This document shows, in pieces, positions 41,817 through 52,372 of a stretch of DNA of 64,000 bases (its first letter is position 1; every line of letters starts with the position of its first letter). The notes under the pieces were generated by a model. That model was not told the origin of the DNA. It made no database searches and saw only the letters and a list, made by a program, of their open reading frames with translations. The translations under genes were made by a program, and so were the position numbers. The DNA is from an uncultured virus (IMG/VR IMGVR_UViG_2897109615_000002) (Duplodnaviria > Heunggongvirae > Uroviricota > Caudoviricetes), in IMG/VR virus record IMGVR_UViG_2897109615_000002, positions 1-64,000 of that record, one strand, 5' to 3'.

Positions 41817-42103
41817 TCTTCCGCCTCCTGAAGCTTATTCTTTTGTTCTGCAATCTCCATTTCGGTCATGCCGCAGTCAGAACAACATTCATAGTCAGGT
41901 ATTTGTAAATGATCTTCTCCCGGCATAGTGCAATAACTCATTTCCATGTGCTTATGTTCACAGGATTCCTGACGTTTTTCCTGTTCTTCCTCTCTGACAA
42001 CCGAGCAATATACTCTTTCGTGCAGCCTTGCTCCGTGCTTTGTCATTAGTCGTTTTCCACAAAGCTCACACTGATAAAGCGTCTGATTCTCTAACACTTT
42101 CAT
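41813..42103 (-). CDS. zinc-binding hypothetical protein
   Basis: CxxC, HExxC, CxH and CxxCG motifs. Confidence 0.7.
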   Translation of the reverse strand: MKVLENQTLYQCELCGKRLMTKHGARLHERVYCSVVREEEQEKRQESCEHKHMEMSYCTMPGEDHLQIPDYECCSDCGMTEMEIAEQKNKLQEAEE

Positions 42104-42290
42104 TCTCCTTACCTCCCGTCCATTGGTCTAACATTTTCAAAATCCTCTACTTGATCAACATATTCAACATATTCTATTTCGATATTTTATCCGCGGCATC
42201 TTCATGCACCCATACTTCCATTTCGGCTACCGCTTTCACTTTCGCTTTGTATCTCATTCTGCTACCCCCATATTCAGTTTGCTTTTATCT

Positions 42291-42620
42291 TTATAAAATC
42301 TCTGTTTTATCAAATTTCTTTCTTAGAAATTCATATTTCTTGAGTGTACGTTCATTCTGATCTTCTTCCTTTAACTCTTCCATTTCCTTACGGATTAACG
42401 GTCTCCAAATGATCAAGTACTTTAGAATAAAAGAACATGGTATTCCAATACTTACAACAAACATTCCAATTCTTCGTGTTATCATCCTCTGATTGTCTAT
42501 GGCTGTTAAACCACCGAATAGAAAATATACAAACAAGTTCATACTTACTAACGCTAAAGCTCCAAGAAGAAGTTCTCTTCTTAATATCCGCACATCTCTC
42601 AATAAATTCAGAAATATCAC
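42291..42620 (-). CDS. membrane protein
   Basis: Two TM segments. Confidence 0.55.
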   Translation of the reverse strand: MIFLNLLRDVRILRRELLLGALALVSMNLFVYFLFGGLTAIDNQRMITRRIGMFVVSIGIPCSFILKYLIIWRPLIRKEMEELKEEDQNERTLKKYEFLRKKFDKTEIL

Positions 42621-42838
42621 CCTAAACTAATTTTATTTTTATCCAATAAATCAATTATGTAAGTCTCATACATGTCATCCCAATAGGGTTCTGTTCTTGC
42701 TATGTATTTTGTTGCTTTTCCATTCTCCACAATCTTAAAGGTTTGCCCCTTTTGGATATCCGTGAACTTCTTCTTTGTCCATATCCCTCTGATCAACACT
42801 TCAACTTCTTTAACCTCAACTGTTTGCTGTTGCATCAC
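42617..42838 (-). CDS. hypothetical protein (YoqX-like)
   Basis: 73 aa; synteny. Confidence 0.65.
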   Translation of the reverse strand: MMQQQTVEVKEVEVLIRGIWTKKKFTDIQKGQTFKIVENGKATKYIARTEPYWDDMYETYIIDLLDKNKISLG

Positions 42839-42895
42839 ATTCCTCCTTTTGATTTTCGTGCATTAAGCCTGTACAATATTCAAAAACCCTAAAGG

Positions 42896-43579
42896 ATGAT
42901 GAACATGTGTGGCAGGTTCACTTTATTCTCTGAGTTTGACGACATCATCGAACAGTTCAATATAGATCAATTTTTGCCTGAAGACGAGTACTATCCAAGC
43001 TATAACGTTGCCCCTTCACAAAACATCCTGACAATCATTAATGATGGATCAAACAACCGTATGGGTAAGCTAAGATGGGGTCTTATCCCTCCTTGGGCTA
43101 AGGATGAAAAGATCGGCTATAAAATGATAAATGCTCGAGCTGAAACATTGGCCGAGAAAGCAAGCTTTAGAAAGCCGCTTGTCAGCAAACGCTGTATTAT
43201 CCCTGCAGACAGTTTTTATGAATGGAAACGTCTTGATCCGAAGACTAAGATTCCCATGCGGATTAAGCTTAAATCATCCAATCTCTTTGCATTTGCCGGC
43301 TTATATGAAAAGTGGAATACGCTAGAAGGCAATCCGCTATACACCTGCACAATCATTACTACAAAGCCCAATGAGCTTATGGAGGACATACATGATCGTA
43401 TGCCGGTTATCCTTACTGATGAGAACGAAAAGGAATGGCTAAACCCCAAAAACACGGATCCTGATTATCTTCAAAGCTTACTGATGCCCTATGACGCTGA
43501 TGACATGGAGGCTTATCAAGTTTCATCTTTAGTGAATTCACCTAAAAACAATTCACCTGAGCTCATTGAATCCCATTAA
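42896..43579 (+). CDS. yoqW: SRAP/HMCES abasic-site protein
   Basis: MCGRF, YNVAP, INARAET and IHDRMPVIL motifs. Confidence 0.93.
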   Translation: MMNMCGRFTLFSEFDDIIEQFNIDQFLPEDEYYPSYNVAPSQNILTIINDGSNNRMGKLRWGLIPPWAKDEKIGYKMINARAETLAEKASFRKPLVSKRCIIPADSFYEWKRLDPKTKIPMRIKLKSSNLFAFAGLYEKWNTLEGNPLYTCTIITTKPNELMEDIHDRMPVILTDENEKEWLNPKNTDPDYLQSLLMPYDADDMEAYQVSSLVNSPKNNSPELIESH

Positions 43580-43648
43580 GTACCACAGTCATTTTGCTTT
43601 ATATATCACCTTCGCTTAGCTATTATGTTCTAAGTAGGAGGTGATATT

Positions 43649-44417
43649 TTGTTTGTATCGCCAATGTTATTGCATTCAATCAAAGAACCATTTGATGACG
43701 ATAGCTATATTACCGAGCTGAAGTTTGATGGAATTAGACTGATCCTCTCCAAGTTTAATGATCAGATAAAGCTTTACACTCGTCACAACAATGAGGTAAC
43801 AAGCAAGTTCCCAGAACTGTTGGATCTCGATATACCCAATGGAACTGTTTTAGACGGTGAAATCATTGTAGCTGCCCCAGGCGGTGCCCCTGATTTCGAA
43901 GCAGTCATGGAACGCTTTATGTCTAAGAAATCAGCTCATAAGGTGGTTTACTGTGTCTTTGATGTAATTTATATCGAAGGGCATTCAATCGCTAATAAGC
44001 CACTCATTGAACGTAAAAATATATTTTTAGATCTTAACCTTGACCATGATAATGTTAAGCTGGCCAAAGAAAAGCATCTTGAAGGAATCGTACTAAAGAA
44101 AGCTAACTCCCCTTATGAAATCAATAAACGTTCCCATAGCTGGCTGAAAGTAATTAATTATGATTACACAGATGTGCTTATCACCGGTTACACTAGAGGA
44201 TATAAAGTTTCTTCTATCTTACCCCGATGGAACTGCAGCTGGGTTTATGGAATTCATGCCGAACGCGGAACGAAGTAAGTTCCACTCTATGAAACAAGTA
44301 AAGTCTGAACCTGATGAATATGTATTTGTAGAGCCGATCTTATGTAAGGTTAAGCACAGATTTAAGACTAAGCAAGGTAAACTCCGCATATCTTCCTTTG
44401 AATCCTGGAGAGATTAA
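43649..44417 (+). pseudogene. ligB: ATP-dependent DNA ligase, frameshifted
   Basis: ELKFDG, LDGE, FD, EGIV and WLK motifs; C-terminus continues in another frame from ~44195. Confidence 0.85.
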
Positions 44418-44462
44418 TGCTCTCCGTTACATAATTCAAAATCACTTTTATGGTTCATTAAG

Positions 44463-44933
44463 TTAAACAAAATATTTGTAGTATAAATATTTACTATTGG
44501 ATATCTTATTTTTATTTAGAAACAACTCTGGGCTCTCTACTTTTCTTTCTTTGCCAAACGCATCAACATATTTTATTGTTAGCGTCCCTCGGATTACTGC
44601 TTTAGAAGAATTTTGCACCTTAACCTTTATATATTGAACGATATGTGGTTTAGTCTCTGAATTTTGAGTGTTCATTATTTCTAATCTGTCTTGGTATTGA
44701 TCAGTTATCACCTTATGATTATCTTTACTAATCCATTCAACTTCGTTTATATAGAAGGGTGCGTTTCCTTCTATGTTTAAAGCAAATGTATAGGTGTCTG
44801 GTATTCCATTAGTGGGATCATACATTCTAAAAATTTTGAATCTTGGCTGGTTAATTACACTAATATTCTTTTTGTTCAAAAGCCAAACTTTTGTTGAGAT
44901 AAAAAGAGCCCCTATAGAAACTACAATAGGCAC
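44463..44933 (-). CDS. hypothetical protein, low GC, possibly 5'-truncated
   Basis: 156-aa ORF with N-terminal hydrophobic stretch. Confidence 0.5.
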   Translation of the reverse strand: MPIVVSIGALFISTKVWLLNKKNISVINQPRFKIFRMYDPTNGIPDTYTFALNIEGNAPFYINEVEWISKDNHKVITDQYQDRLEIMNTQNSETKPHIVQYIKVKVQNSSKAVIRGTLTIKYVDAFGKERKVESPELFLNKNKISNSKYLYYKYFV

Positions 44934-45947
44934 ACCTTTATATTCATTTTAGTCGATTTTGTTTATTCTTGCCTTCAGTTTATAAATAACTATTTCATAT
45001 AGTTTTGATTTTCACTTACACCTGATAATATTTACTCATGAGGAAAACTATGGTATATTAACCTTTCAAACATTGAAGGCGGTATCTCCGCAGTTGCGAC
45101 GCCAAGAAGGAAACTTTTCACGTTTATTGTCCCTCTTCTTGTGACATTTTTCTTGATGGGAGTTGGTGGAATGGATAATCAATTCATTAACACAATAAGC
45201 ACCTTTACAACATTAGTCGATTTTCATGAAATCTTAGCGCCTTTAGGTGTCGCCTTGAATGTTTGAGCTCCCTTAATTATTTCCCTCTTTTAATTCCACA
45301 TTAATTTTCAATACGTTCGCAATTCGTTTACCTACCTCATCGGAAACTGAAAATTGTGACACCCTTTCTTTAAATCCATACAGCAGCTGACCACCATTTT
45401 CAAAACCTTTTTCAATAAGTGACTCAATCTTTGCTCTCGCAATTCTATCCAGTTTTCCTGACTCAGACATCTTCTGAACTTCATTAGAAACTGTAACACT
45501 AATCATATCTTGTATGTCTTGTCTGAAATACCCAATTCATTATGTATGTAATTTTTGACGTCTTGGTATACACTATTTTTATTTTCAAAATGTCTTCTCA
45601 AGCTTACTTAATGGGATGGCTACGAAATTGTTGATCGCAAGGCGGTAGTGGGCGAGAAGGTTATGTATGTTGACGAGTCGGGCGAATTACAAGGAATCGT
45701 CACTGAGGGGCTCCGGCGTGGTGGATGTTGCTGAATACGAAGAATCTGACCGCGTCCTCCCCTTTTATTTGCATCAAATAATTTTGATCAATAAACTGTG
45801 ATTTTAATACTGAGAATCTGTAAAACTTAAGATTCTGTATGTACTGCCGCCCAGTAAGTGATTACATTCATTTCGTCCCTCCTATCCGTTTAAAATCACG
45901 ATTTTAATTTACTTTAATGTGTATCAACTTGAGGAAATACCCTTTAA

Positions 45948-46364
45948 TTGGTAAACTCATACTTAACTTACATAAGAGTGGGTGATTCTTTGAATAAAAT
46001 AATCGGTATTACTGGATTAATCATTAGCCTAGCAGTGCAATCATTTTCGGCTGATGAATCGCTATCCTACAAGATTGCTACGGCTTTGTTATTTGTATCA
46101 ATAATGATTTATAACTTTGAACATGCTAAAGATTATTCCAAAAAGTCACTTATAATTTTAGGAGTTACCTTTATTCTTTTTATGCTAGGAATGTATCAAC
46201 TTCTCTCTTTTACCAGCGATTACTTTGAAAAGCTTAATGTGAATTTTAGATATACCCTCTTATTTGAAATAGCATTAATTATTGCATTAGTGTCGATTGC
46301 GGTAAACGTAATGAAGTACATTGCGAACCGGTTAAGGAAAACACCTGATGGTAAAGAGCTTTGA
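45948..46364 (+). CDS. four-TM membrane protein (YoqO-like)
   Basis: Hydrophobic; opposite strand with its own terminator; synteny. Confidence 0.7.
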   Translation: MVNSYLTYIRVGDSLNKIIGITGLIISLAVQSFSADESLSYKIATALLFVSIMIYNFEHAKDYSKKSLIILGVTFILFMLGMYQLLSFTSDYFEKLNVNFRYTLLFEIALIIALVSIAVNVMKYIANRLRKTPDGKEL

Positions 46365-46377
46365 CTCTTTGCCTTTT

Positions 46378-46608
46378 TTAAGTTAAATATTTCTTCTTAT
46401 GTGGTCTTCTATGTACAAAATCAAATGCGATATCAACTTTTGCCGGCTCCTTCTCCTCTGCTACTCGCTCCGTAACAACAATCAGTTGTCCATTTTCCTG
46501 GCGTTCAATGCTATGGACTGAATATCCTTTAGCAGCGTAATATTCACCAATAATCTCATCAACGTGGTTGCTAAGCAGATTTCTCTTTATCACTCGAATA
46601 ACCTCCAC
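46378..46608 (-). CDS. hypothetical protein (YoqN-like)
   Basis: 76-aa ORF; synteny. Confidence 0.6.
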   Translation of the reverse strand: MEVIRVIKRNLLSNHVDEIIGEYYAAKGYSVHSIERQENGQLIVVTERVAEEKEPAKVDIAFDFVHRRPHKKKYLT

Positions 46609-46789
46609 TAATTTTATTTTTACTCTTTAAACATTTATATGTATTCCATCCGCAGCCATCAAATACGCTTATGTCCGCTCCAAGATGCCATCTAAACCAA
46701 ACTAAGTTAAACCAGGCTGTATCAATTATGTACTTTAAATAACCTATATGCCTTCCTCCTTACAATGAAATAATCGTTTTATTTTGTTT

Positions 46790-47035
46790 TCATGCCCAAC
46801 TGCCCATTTCGACTTCAACAATTCCTTTAAATACGTCCTTTGCCTTAACAGATTTATTGGTTTTTGAACGTCCATCATAAGTGGTAAAACTAAAAGATTC
46901 TCCTTTATTATTGTGAACAAAACCTAGTTCTGGTTCTGACCAATTTCCATTTGGAAACCGCTGTCTAACTCTGACAGGTGTTGAACGTTTTACGATGTCT
47001 GGATCAAAAACCAATGTCTTAACTTCTTTTAACAT
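46790..47035 (-). CDS. hypothetical protein
   Basis: Start MLKEVK after AGGAGG. Confidence 0.6.
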   Translation of the reverse strand: MLKEVKTLVFDPDIVKRSTPVRVRQRFPNGNWSEPELGFVHNNKGESFSFTTYDGRSKTNKSVKAKDVFKGIVEVEMGSWA

Positions 47036-47046
47036 TGCATGCCCTC

Positions 47047-47289
47047 CTATAAACAAATCTTTTTAAGCTGATCATCTAGCTTTCTGAACAATAGCTGAAC
47101 TTTATCAAACTTTTCATCTTCAAAAACAATAGCATCTTCTTTAAGAACTGCAGCTTTTGAAAAAGCTGTGTTTGAATCATGTTGTACGCTGTGGGCGATC
47201 CCACCTTTATTTAATACATCATAATACATGCCTATCTTATCTCTGTACCAGTAGCTTGTATCTGAACATTTCATTATCCTCAATTTCAT
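47047..47289 (-). CDS. hypothetical protein
   Basis: 80 aa; YWYRDKIG motif similar to WYADKIG in 6380-7045. Confidence 0.6.
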   Translation of the reverse strand: MKLRIMKCSDTSYWYRDKIGMYYDVLNKGGIAHSVQHDSNTAFSKAAVLKEDAIVFEDEKFDKVQLLFRKLDDQLKKICL

Positions 47290-47404
47290 TAACTTTTCAC
47301 CTTTCTTTCAGTTAAAACAGTCTTTTTATTGTGATTCTGTAGGCTCAATTAAAAATCTCTTTCCTTCTTGTTTACAATTGAAACAGCCAAGTCAAGATTC
47401 ACTA

Positions 47405-47743
47405 TTACTTTCTTTCATACATTTGTATAACTTGATGTGCTTCATGCTCTGAAAGCAAACCTCCACCGTTAAACCGCCTAACTATTTTTCGTTTTGCTTT
47501 ACTAAGTGGAGACAAACCATGTTTTTTGAACAGAATAGCGATATATTGTTTTTGTTTTGGTGTAATGAAATGAGGGCTATATACACGGTCATCTTGTCGC
47601 AAATAAGCTTGTAGGTTAGCCTTTAACTGTTCGCCCTGTCTTACTGCCATATGAAGATACATATTTTCTTTATAGACCTCTTTCATATGATCGACTTGCC
47701 TTTTTAAATTTTCATTCTCTTCCCTTAATTGCGATTCCGTCAT
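47405..47743 (-). CDS. hypothetical protein
   Basis: 112-aa ORF with RBS. Confidence 0.65.
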   Translation of the reverse strand: MTESQLREENENLKRQVDHMKEVYKENMYLHMAVRQGEQLKANLQAYLRQDDRVYSPHFITPKQKQYIAILFKKHGLSPLSKAKRKIVRRFNGGGLLSEHEAHQVIQMYERK

Positions 47744-47791
47744 CTTTATTTCCCCTCCGTTATATCATTCAAAGAGCTTTTTACTTCTTAT

Positions 47792-48028
47792 TCAGTGTAA
47801 GAATGCTTGACAGACCCACTTGTCTACACCATCATAAATTTTGACTTCGCAGAGTTGTCCATTTTCATATTTCCAAATTCCTTGATATTCATCATTAAGT
47901 ACGTCGAATTCTTTAGTTTCTTCATCAATTAATTGCGATTCTACTAGCTCACACATATAGTCTCCAAACTGGACAACGACCGCTTCTAAAGTTTTGTTTC
48001 TGTCATAAATAACTCGGATATCTTTCAC
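47792..48028 (-). CDS. hypothetical protein
   Basis: 78-aa ORF. Confidence 0.55.
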   Translation of the reverse strand: MKDIRVIYDRNKTLEAVVVQFGDYMCELVESQLIDEETKEFDVLNDEYQGIWKYENGQLCEVKIYDGVDKWVCQAFLH

Positions 48029-48061
48029 TTTATAACAGCTCTTTTTCTTAAAACTTCAACT

Positions 48062-48364
48062 TCATTCAATTTCTTCAGAAAAACGCTCTTCTTGAATTAC
48101 AGATTCTCCCTTAGTGTTCACTATTCCAATTTGTAAAAGAGAAGGTAAGTTTGCCCAAGACTCTCTTTCCATCTCAAGCAACGAAGATAATTTTTCAATT
48201 TTCGCATTTGCCTTTGCTTCAATTTCTTTCTCCATCCTCATGAGAACATAATCTCTTTGTTTTGCATGGTACTCGATTCTTTCTTCACATAATCTAAGCT
48301 CTTCTTTGGCCTCTGAAAGCAAGAAGTTTAATGCAACTTGTTCCTGTGTTTGATATCTTCTCAT
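48062..48364 (-). CDS. hypothetical protein
   Basis: 100-aa ORF with RBS. Confidence 0.6.
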   Translation of the reverse strand: MRRYQTQEQVALNFLLSEAKEELRLCEERIEYHAKQRDYVLMRMEKEIEAKANAKIEKLSSLLEMERESWANLPSLLQIGIVNTKGESVIQEERFSEEIE

Positions 48365-48395
48365 ATAGCTCCTCTTTCCATTAAAATTTTCAATT

Positions 48396-48719
48396 TTACA
48401 AATCTCCTAAAATGGTTTTACACCACTCGTTTATATCTGTTGAAATCTGATCAATTTCAAACAACTTATCCTTTAAGATTTCTTCACCGTCCTCCGCATT
48501 AAAACTTGCCAATCGTTCAAGTTGCTTTGAATAGTGCTTAATCTTTTCAATGCTTAATTCTAAATCCAAGGAACCCTTTTTAAGTTCAACCTCACCCATG
48601 TACTCCATTGTTGAACGAGTCCCGCATATTCCACAAAACGCTCTCTGTCTCTTATAAAATTTATCAATAATAGTGGTATGGCCGCAGCCAGTTCTGCAAA
48701 TGTACTTGTAATGTATCAA
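48396..48719 (-). CDS. zinc-ribbon hypothetical protein
   Basis: C..GCGH...CGICG. Confidence 0.6.
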   Translation of the reverse strand: MIHYKYICRTGCGHTTIIDKFYKRQRAFCGICGTRSTMEYMGEVELKKGSLDLELSIEKIKHYSKQLERLASFNAEDGEEILKDKLFEIDQISTDINEWCKTILGDL

Positions 48720-48768
48720 AAAATCTCTTCCTTTCTTATTCCAATGAAATTTTACTTTTATCTAGAAT

Positions 48769-50967
48769 TCATTTGGCTTCCAATACCACAGTTTCTTTTT
48801 CAAAATCATTTCTCAATTTGATAATGGAAGTTGATTTTAGATACCCTCTGTCCTTTGTCTTAGCCCATGCAAAAAATCTATTATGCAAAGGAGTGTAAAG
48901 GCTTCCTGTGTTAACCATATGCTCATGTTTGTTGCTGATCTTATGCTTTACTCCCCTCATTTGTTTCCAAAAGTTATAGTAAGGGAGCTTAAGTTTTGTC
49001 ATGAAGCCAGCAGCATCTTCAATTACATAACCCTCTTCCTCAATTGAAAAATCTTGTGACACGTCCAGATACCATCTATAGAAATCTGTCCAGTTACTAA
49101 ACTCCGCAACTTGTTTTTTGCACTCAATGGATAAACACTCTGCAGTAGCTTTCACTTCACTGTAAGGGAGTTTTTCATATGACATCTGTCTTTTTACTAT
49201 GTCTAAGAGGACTAGTTTGTCTTGATTGTATTCAATGATATGTGGATCTTTTTCTGGAAGTATTACTTCAAAAACGAATGAAACATTATTTAGCTTCAGA
49301 TAATATTTAATGGCATTTACCGTAAATTCATCAAAGGTCTTCAAGAACAGCTCCTCTACCCATTTCGCATGGTCATTTGATAATTGAGATGTAAAGGATT
49401 TAGAAGTGAATACCAACTGATCTGACAAAGAGTCATACCCCACAGTCCCTAAATATCCATTTGCCTTATCGAACACTGTTACAGGAAACTTCATTGTATC
49501 TACGAGATGATGCATTCTTGTTTCAGATCGTTCTCCAATGTTAAAAAATTTATCATAGCTTCTACTTACAATTTCATTATTCTGGGTGTTAATAAACAAA
49601 CCCCTTGCCTTAATATTTGTTTCATCCCACTTTTTCTTTCTAAATGCTTGCTTTGTAAAATTAAATGATGAGATATTGTTTGGCATCTTGTTCTCTTGGA
49701 CATATTCATGATCACGTAAGTGGGAAACCAAATCATCAATTGTTCCAACAGTTACACTATTACTCTGCACATCACTTGAACTTTGTTTAAAAACTTTATT
49801 CTTCACTTCATGTGTTTCAATTCCGTTCTCAGACAGTGTAACGACTCTAAGATGACCTCCTCTTTCCACTTGCCCTTCCAGGTTATAAGATCTTTCTGCT
49901 GCTAACACAGGTAAACGGTACATGTTTCTATGTCCATGAATCTGTACAACATTTTGGTCAGCCGTATTTTTTGCAAATTCATAATCAATATCGTCTGAAT
50001 AATCTCCAACTCCATTGATAAATTGTGTTGTTGCGGTCATCAAGAGATTTTCAGGTACGGTTGAAACTCCTCCATGAGTTACAATGTATGTAGTGTTTTT
50101 ATATGTAAAGTAAGCTAACTGATGAAACTTCCTGGCCAACTGTCTAATGTCTTTTTTATCAATGTTGGATTGTTCGATTTCTGGCTTAGTTTTGTTGTTA
50201 AATGTGTTGCTAGGTGTTTCTTCATCATTCCCATACATATTGATATATCTATCATGATTTCCTTCGAGAATAATCACATTTTTATAATCTTTAATTTTGA
50301 TCATGAATTCTAACAGCTGTGCATTTTCAATACCTCTGTCGATAAGATCTCCTACAAAAATGTATAGTTCATTTTCATTCAAATCACCGTTTAAGTACTC
50401 TTGAAGCACAGTATTACACCCATGAACATCTCCGAAAATATGTATCTTTTTATAATCGTCAAAACATCTCGGCTTATAAGTCATCGTGTTTTCAAACTCA
50501 TCTGGTTTTAGAACAGTTACCCAAGATGGCACTTTTTCTGTTGTCATTCTTTCATAAATATTTAGAATACTGCTTTCAGGAACATGTTTATGTTCAGCCC
50601 TCATTTTATTTCTTTTTAAGATTCTCCGAACATCCACATCAGAAAAATCAACTACATATACACGGTATCTATATTTTTGAGCTAGTGGCTTATATCTTGA
50701 AATCATGCTTTGCTTTGAATGAGTTGCATCGATAATTGTGAATTCACCGCGATCCATCCTATCTTCAAGCAACTTTAGTAATAAATCCCACACCTTGTTG
50801 TCGTGTTTTGGAGAGATTTCATATTTTCCACTTTTGTTTAATACAGGTGACTGAAACAGCAGTCTAATGTTGTCTGCAGAAAGAGTGTATTGCTCAAGTC
50901 CATTTTCCTTAATCCAAGTTGATTTCCCCACTCCTGGGCAGCCTCTTAATAACACTAATGTTCTCAA
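48769..50967 (-). CDS. polynucleotide kinase-phosphatase-RNA ligase fusion (RNA repair)
   Basis: GCPGVGKST and DNIR kinase; GDVHG, GDLIDRG, GNHD and HGH phosphoesterase; KANG, FE, EGYV and KLK ligase motifs. Confidence 0.88.
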   Translation of the reverse strand: MRTLVLLRGCPGVGKSTWIKENGLEQYTLSADNIRLLFQSPVLNKSGKYEISPKHDNKVWDLLLKLLEDRMDRGEFTIIDATHSKQSMISRYKPLAQKYRYRVYVVDFSDVDVRRILKRNKMRAEHKHVPESSILNIYERMTTEKVPSWVTVLKPDEFENTMTYKPRCFDDYKKIHIFGDVHGCNTVLQEYLNGDLNENELYIFVGDLIDRGIENAQLLEFMIKIKDYKNVIILEGNHDRYINMYGNDEETPSNTFNNKTKPEIEQSNIDKKDIRQLARKFHQLAYFTYKNTTYIVTHGGVSTVPENLLMTATTQFINGVGDYSDDIDYEFAKNTADQNVVQIHGHRNMYRLPVLAAERSYNLEGQVERGGHLRVVTLSENGIETHEVKNKVFKQSSSDVQSNSVTVGTIDDLVSHLRDHEYVQENKMPNNISSFNFTKQAFRKKKWDETNIKARGLFINTQNNEIVSRSYDKFFNIGERSETRMHHLVDTMKFPVTVFDKANGYLGTVGYDSLSDQLVFTSKSFTSQLSNDHAKWVEELFLKTFDEFTVNAIKYYLKLNNVSFVFEVILPEKDPHIIEYNQDKLVLLDIVKRQMSYEKLPYSEVKATAECLSIECKKQVAEFSNWTDFYRWYLDVSQDFSIEEEGYVIEDAAGFMTKLKLPYYNFWKQMRGVKHKISNKHEHMVNTGSLYTPLHNRFFAWAKTKDRGYLKSTSIIKLRNDFEKETVVLEAK

Positions 50968-51049
50968 ATTCTATCAACCTTTCTGATTTTTATTTGTTTA
51001 AAATGCATCTTTTATTTAGTTACATTAATATTATGATACAGCTCAATAA

Positions 51050-51253
51050 TCACTTTTCATCCTCCACCTTTTTAGAAGTGAAATGAAATGTAGTGTTAAA
51101 ATCCACATGGAAAGGCTTGCGGCACTTCTCACAATTCATTTCAAATTCACCGGACATATCGCCTCCCTCAATGTAATCGTAAAATTCCGTTAAATACTCG
51201 CAATGCGGGCATTTGATTGCGTCAATAACTGAAACTGATTCATTTTTCTTCAT
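51050..51253 (-). CDS. zinc-ribbon protein (YopZ-like)
   Basis: CPHC...CEKC. Confidence 0.65.
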   Translation of the reverse strand: MKKNESVSVIDAIKCPHCEYLTEFYDYIEGGDMSGEFEMNCEKCRKPFHVDFNTTFHFTSKKVEDEK

Positions 51254-51624
51254 TTTGTTTCCTCCAATCCAAGAATCTCCTTCATTTTTTTGACCGAATT
51301 CCTGCTATTGAACCAGTCGCCGTTCTTCAATTCTAGCCGAGAGCCACCGGAAATTTCTTTAATGTCCGCTATATCCTCTCTGTCAAATGCCCATATTATT
51401 TCCGAGCCGCGCCAGATTTTAATGTCTTTGCTTATTTTTCTTTCATATTCCCTCTGAGCTATTGGGTCGGCAAATATTTCAAGTTTCGCTTCAGGTTCTA
51501 TTTCCACAAATACTTGATCCATTGATTTAAAAAGAACAGCAGCCGTCAAATGTTCATCATTCAGCTTTTTGGCTGTTATACCCCTCGCGGAGCTGTACGG
51601 CTCAGGGAATAATGTAGTATTCAT
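51250..51624 (-). CDS. hypothetical protein
   Basis: 124 aa, coupled; C-terminus resembles 52111-52338. Confidence 0.6.
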   Translation of the reverse strand: MNTTLFPEPYSSARGITAKKLNDEHLTAAVLFKSMDQVFVEIEPEAKLEIFADPIAQREYERKISKDIKIWRGSEIIWAFDREDIADIKEISGGSRLELKNGDWFNSRNSVKKMKEILGLEETK

Positions 51625-51926
51625 TCCGCACCCTCCTTCACTATATAACCTTTTAAAATCGCCTGATTCAGATCATCAGCATACATACTATTCAGTGGTT
51701 CAAACAATCCAGTCCACGGTTCGACGTCACCATTATTGATGACAAATTGTTTCCCTACAAATTGAAGGCGCGCAAATTCTTTTTTGTCCCCATTTGTTAA
51801 GTCGTTCACTCTCTGAGGGTCATTATCAGCCATTCTTAAATAAAATTTCTTCCCTTCCTCAATTGCTCGTGCCTGTGCTTTTGTGACTTCAACCTTATCG
51901 CTTGTTTTAATTGTGATTTTGTTCAC
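51621..51926 (-). CDS. hypothetical protein
   Basis: 101 aa, coupled. Confidence 0.6.
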   Translation of the reverse strand: MNKITIKTSDKVEVTKAQARAIEEGKKFYLRMADNDPQRVNDLTNGDKKEFARLQFVGKQFVINNGDVEPWTGLFEPLNSMYADDLNQAILKGYIVKEGAE

Positions 51927-52114
51927 TCCATAACCTCCTTAATAACCCGATTACTCCTTCTATCTGCAAAAATGTTTGTTTGGTATTCCTGCAACTGATT
52001 TTCAATAGCTTCCACAGAAGCTAAAGGGAAAGCAGTTTTTTCCCATAATATAAAATCACACTGCTTATCATTGGCATCGGGAAAATACTTCCTTACTAAA
52101 TCTATCCACGTCAT
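51923..52114 (-). CDS. hypothetical protein
   Basis: 63 aa, coupled. Confidence 0.6.
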   Translation of the reverse strand: MTWIDLVRKYFPDANDKQCDFILWEKTAFPLASVEAIENQLQEYQTNIFADRRSNRVIKEVME

Positions 52115-52338
52115 TCTAAACCCTTCTTTGCTTTCATAAGATTTTTATCACTCCATTGAAAAATTTCTTTCAACTCGTTTACAGGGTTACTGAATACCAT
52201 TCGATCCCCGTTACTAAGCGTAATACGCGCTTGACCACCAGGTTGCTCTTCAATAGCTACTATATCCTCATTGGTAAACTCGAGTTCAATCCCGCCTCTA
52301 AATCCAACTTTGAATTTTTTAAATCCATTTTGCATCAT
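52111..52338 (-). CDS. hypothetical protein
   Basis: 75 aa with RBS. Confidence 0.6.
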   Translation of the reverse strand: MMQNGFKKFKVGFRGGIELEFTNEDIVAIEEQPGGQARITLSNGDRMVFSNPVNELKEIFQWSDKNLMKAKKGLE

Positions 52339-52372
52339 TATTCCTCCCTCGTTTCCAACAACTCAATAAAAC

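Noticed and set aside
42108..42258. Small ORF MRYKAKVKAVAEMEVWVHED
   Set aside because: It stops early and appears frameshifted; too short to assign
45273..45760. 77-aa ORF and a GC-rich + strand fragment
   Set aside because: They look like decayed gene pieces without clear starts; not called as intact genes
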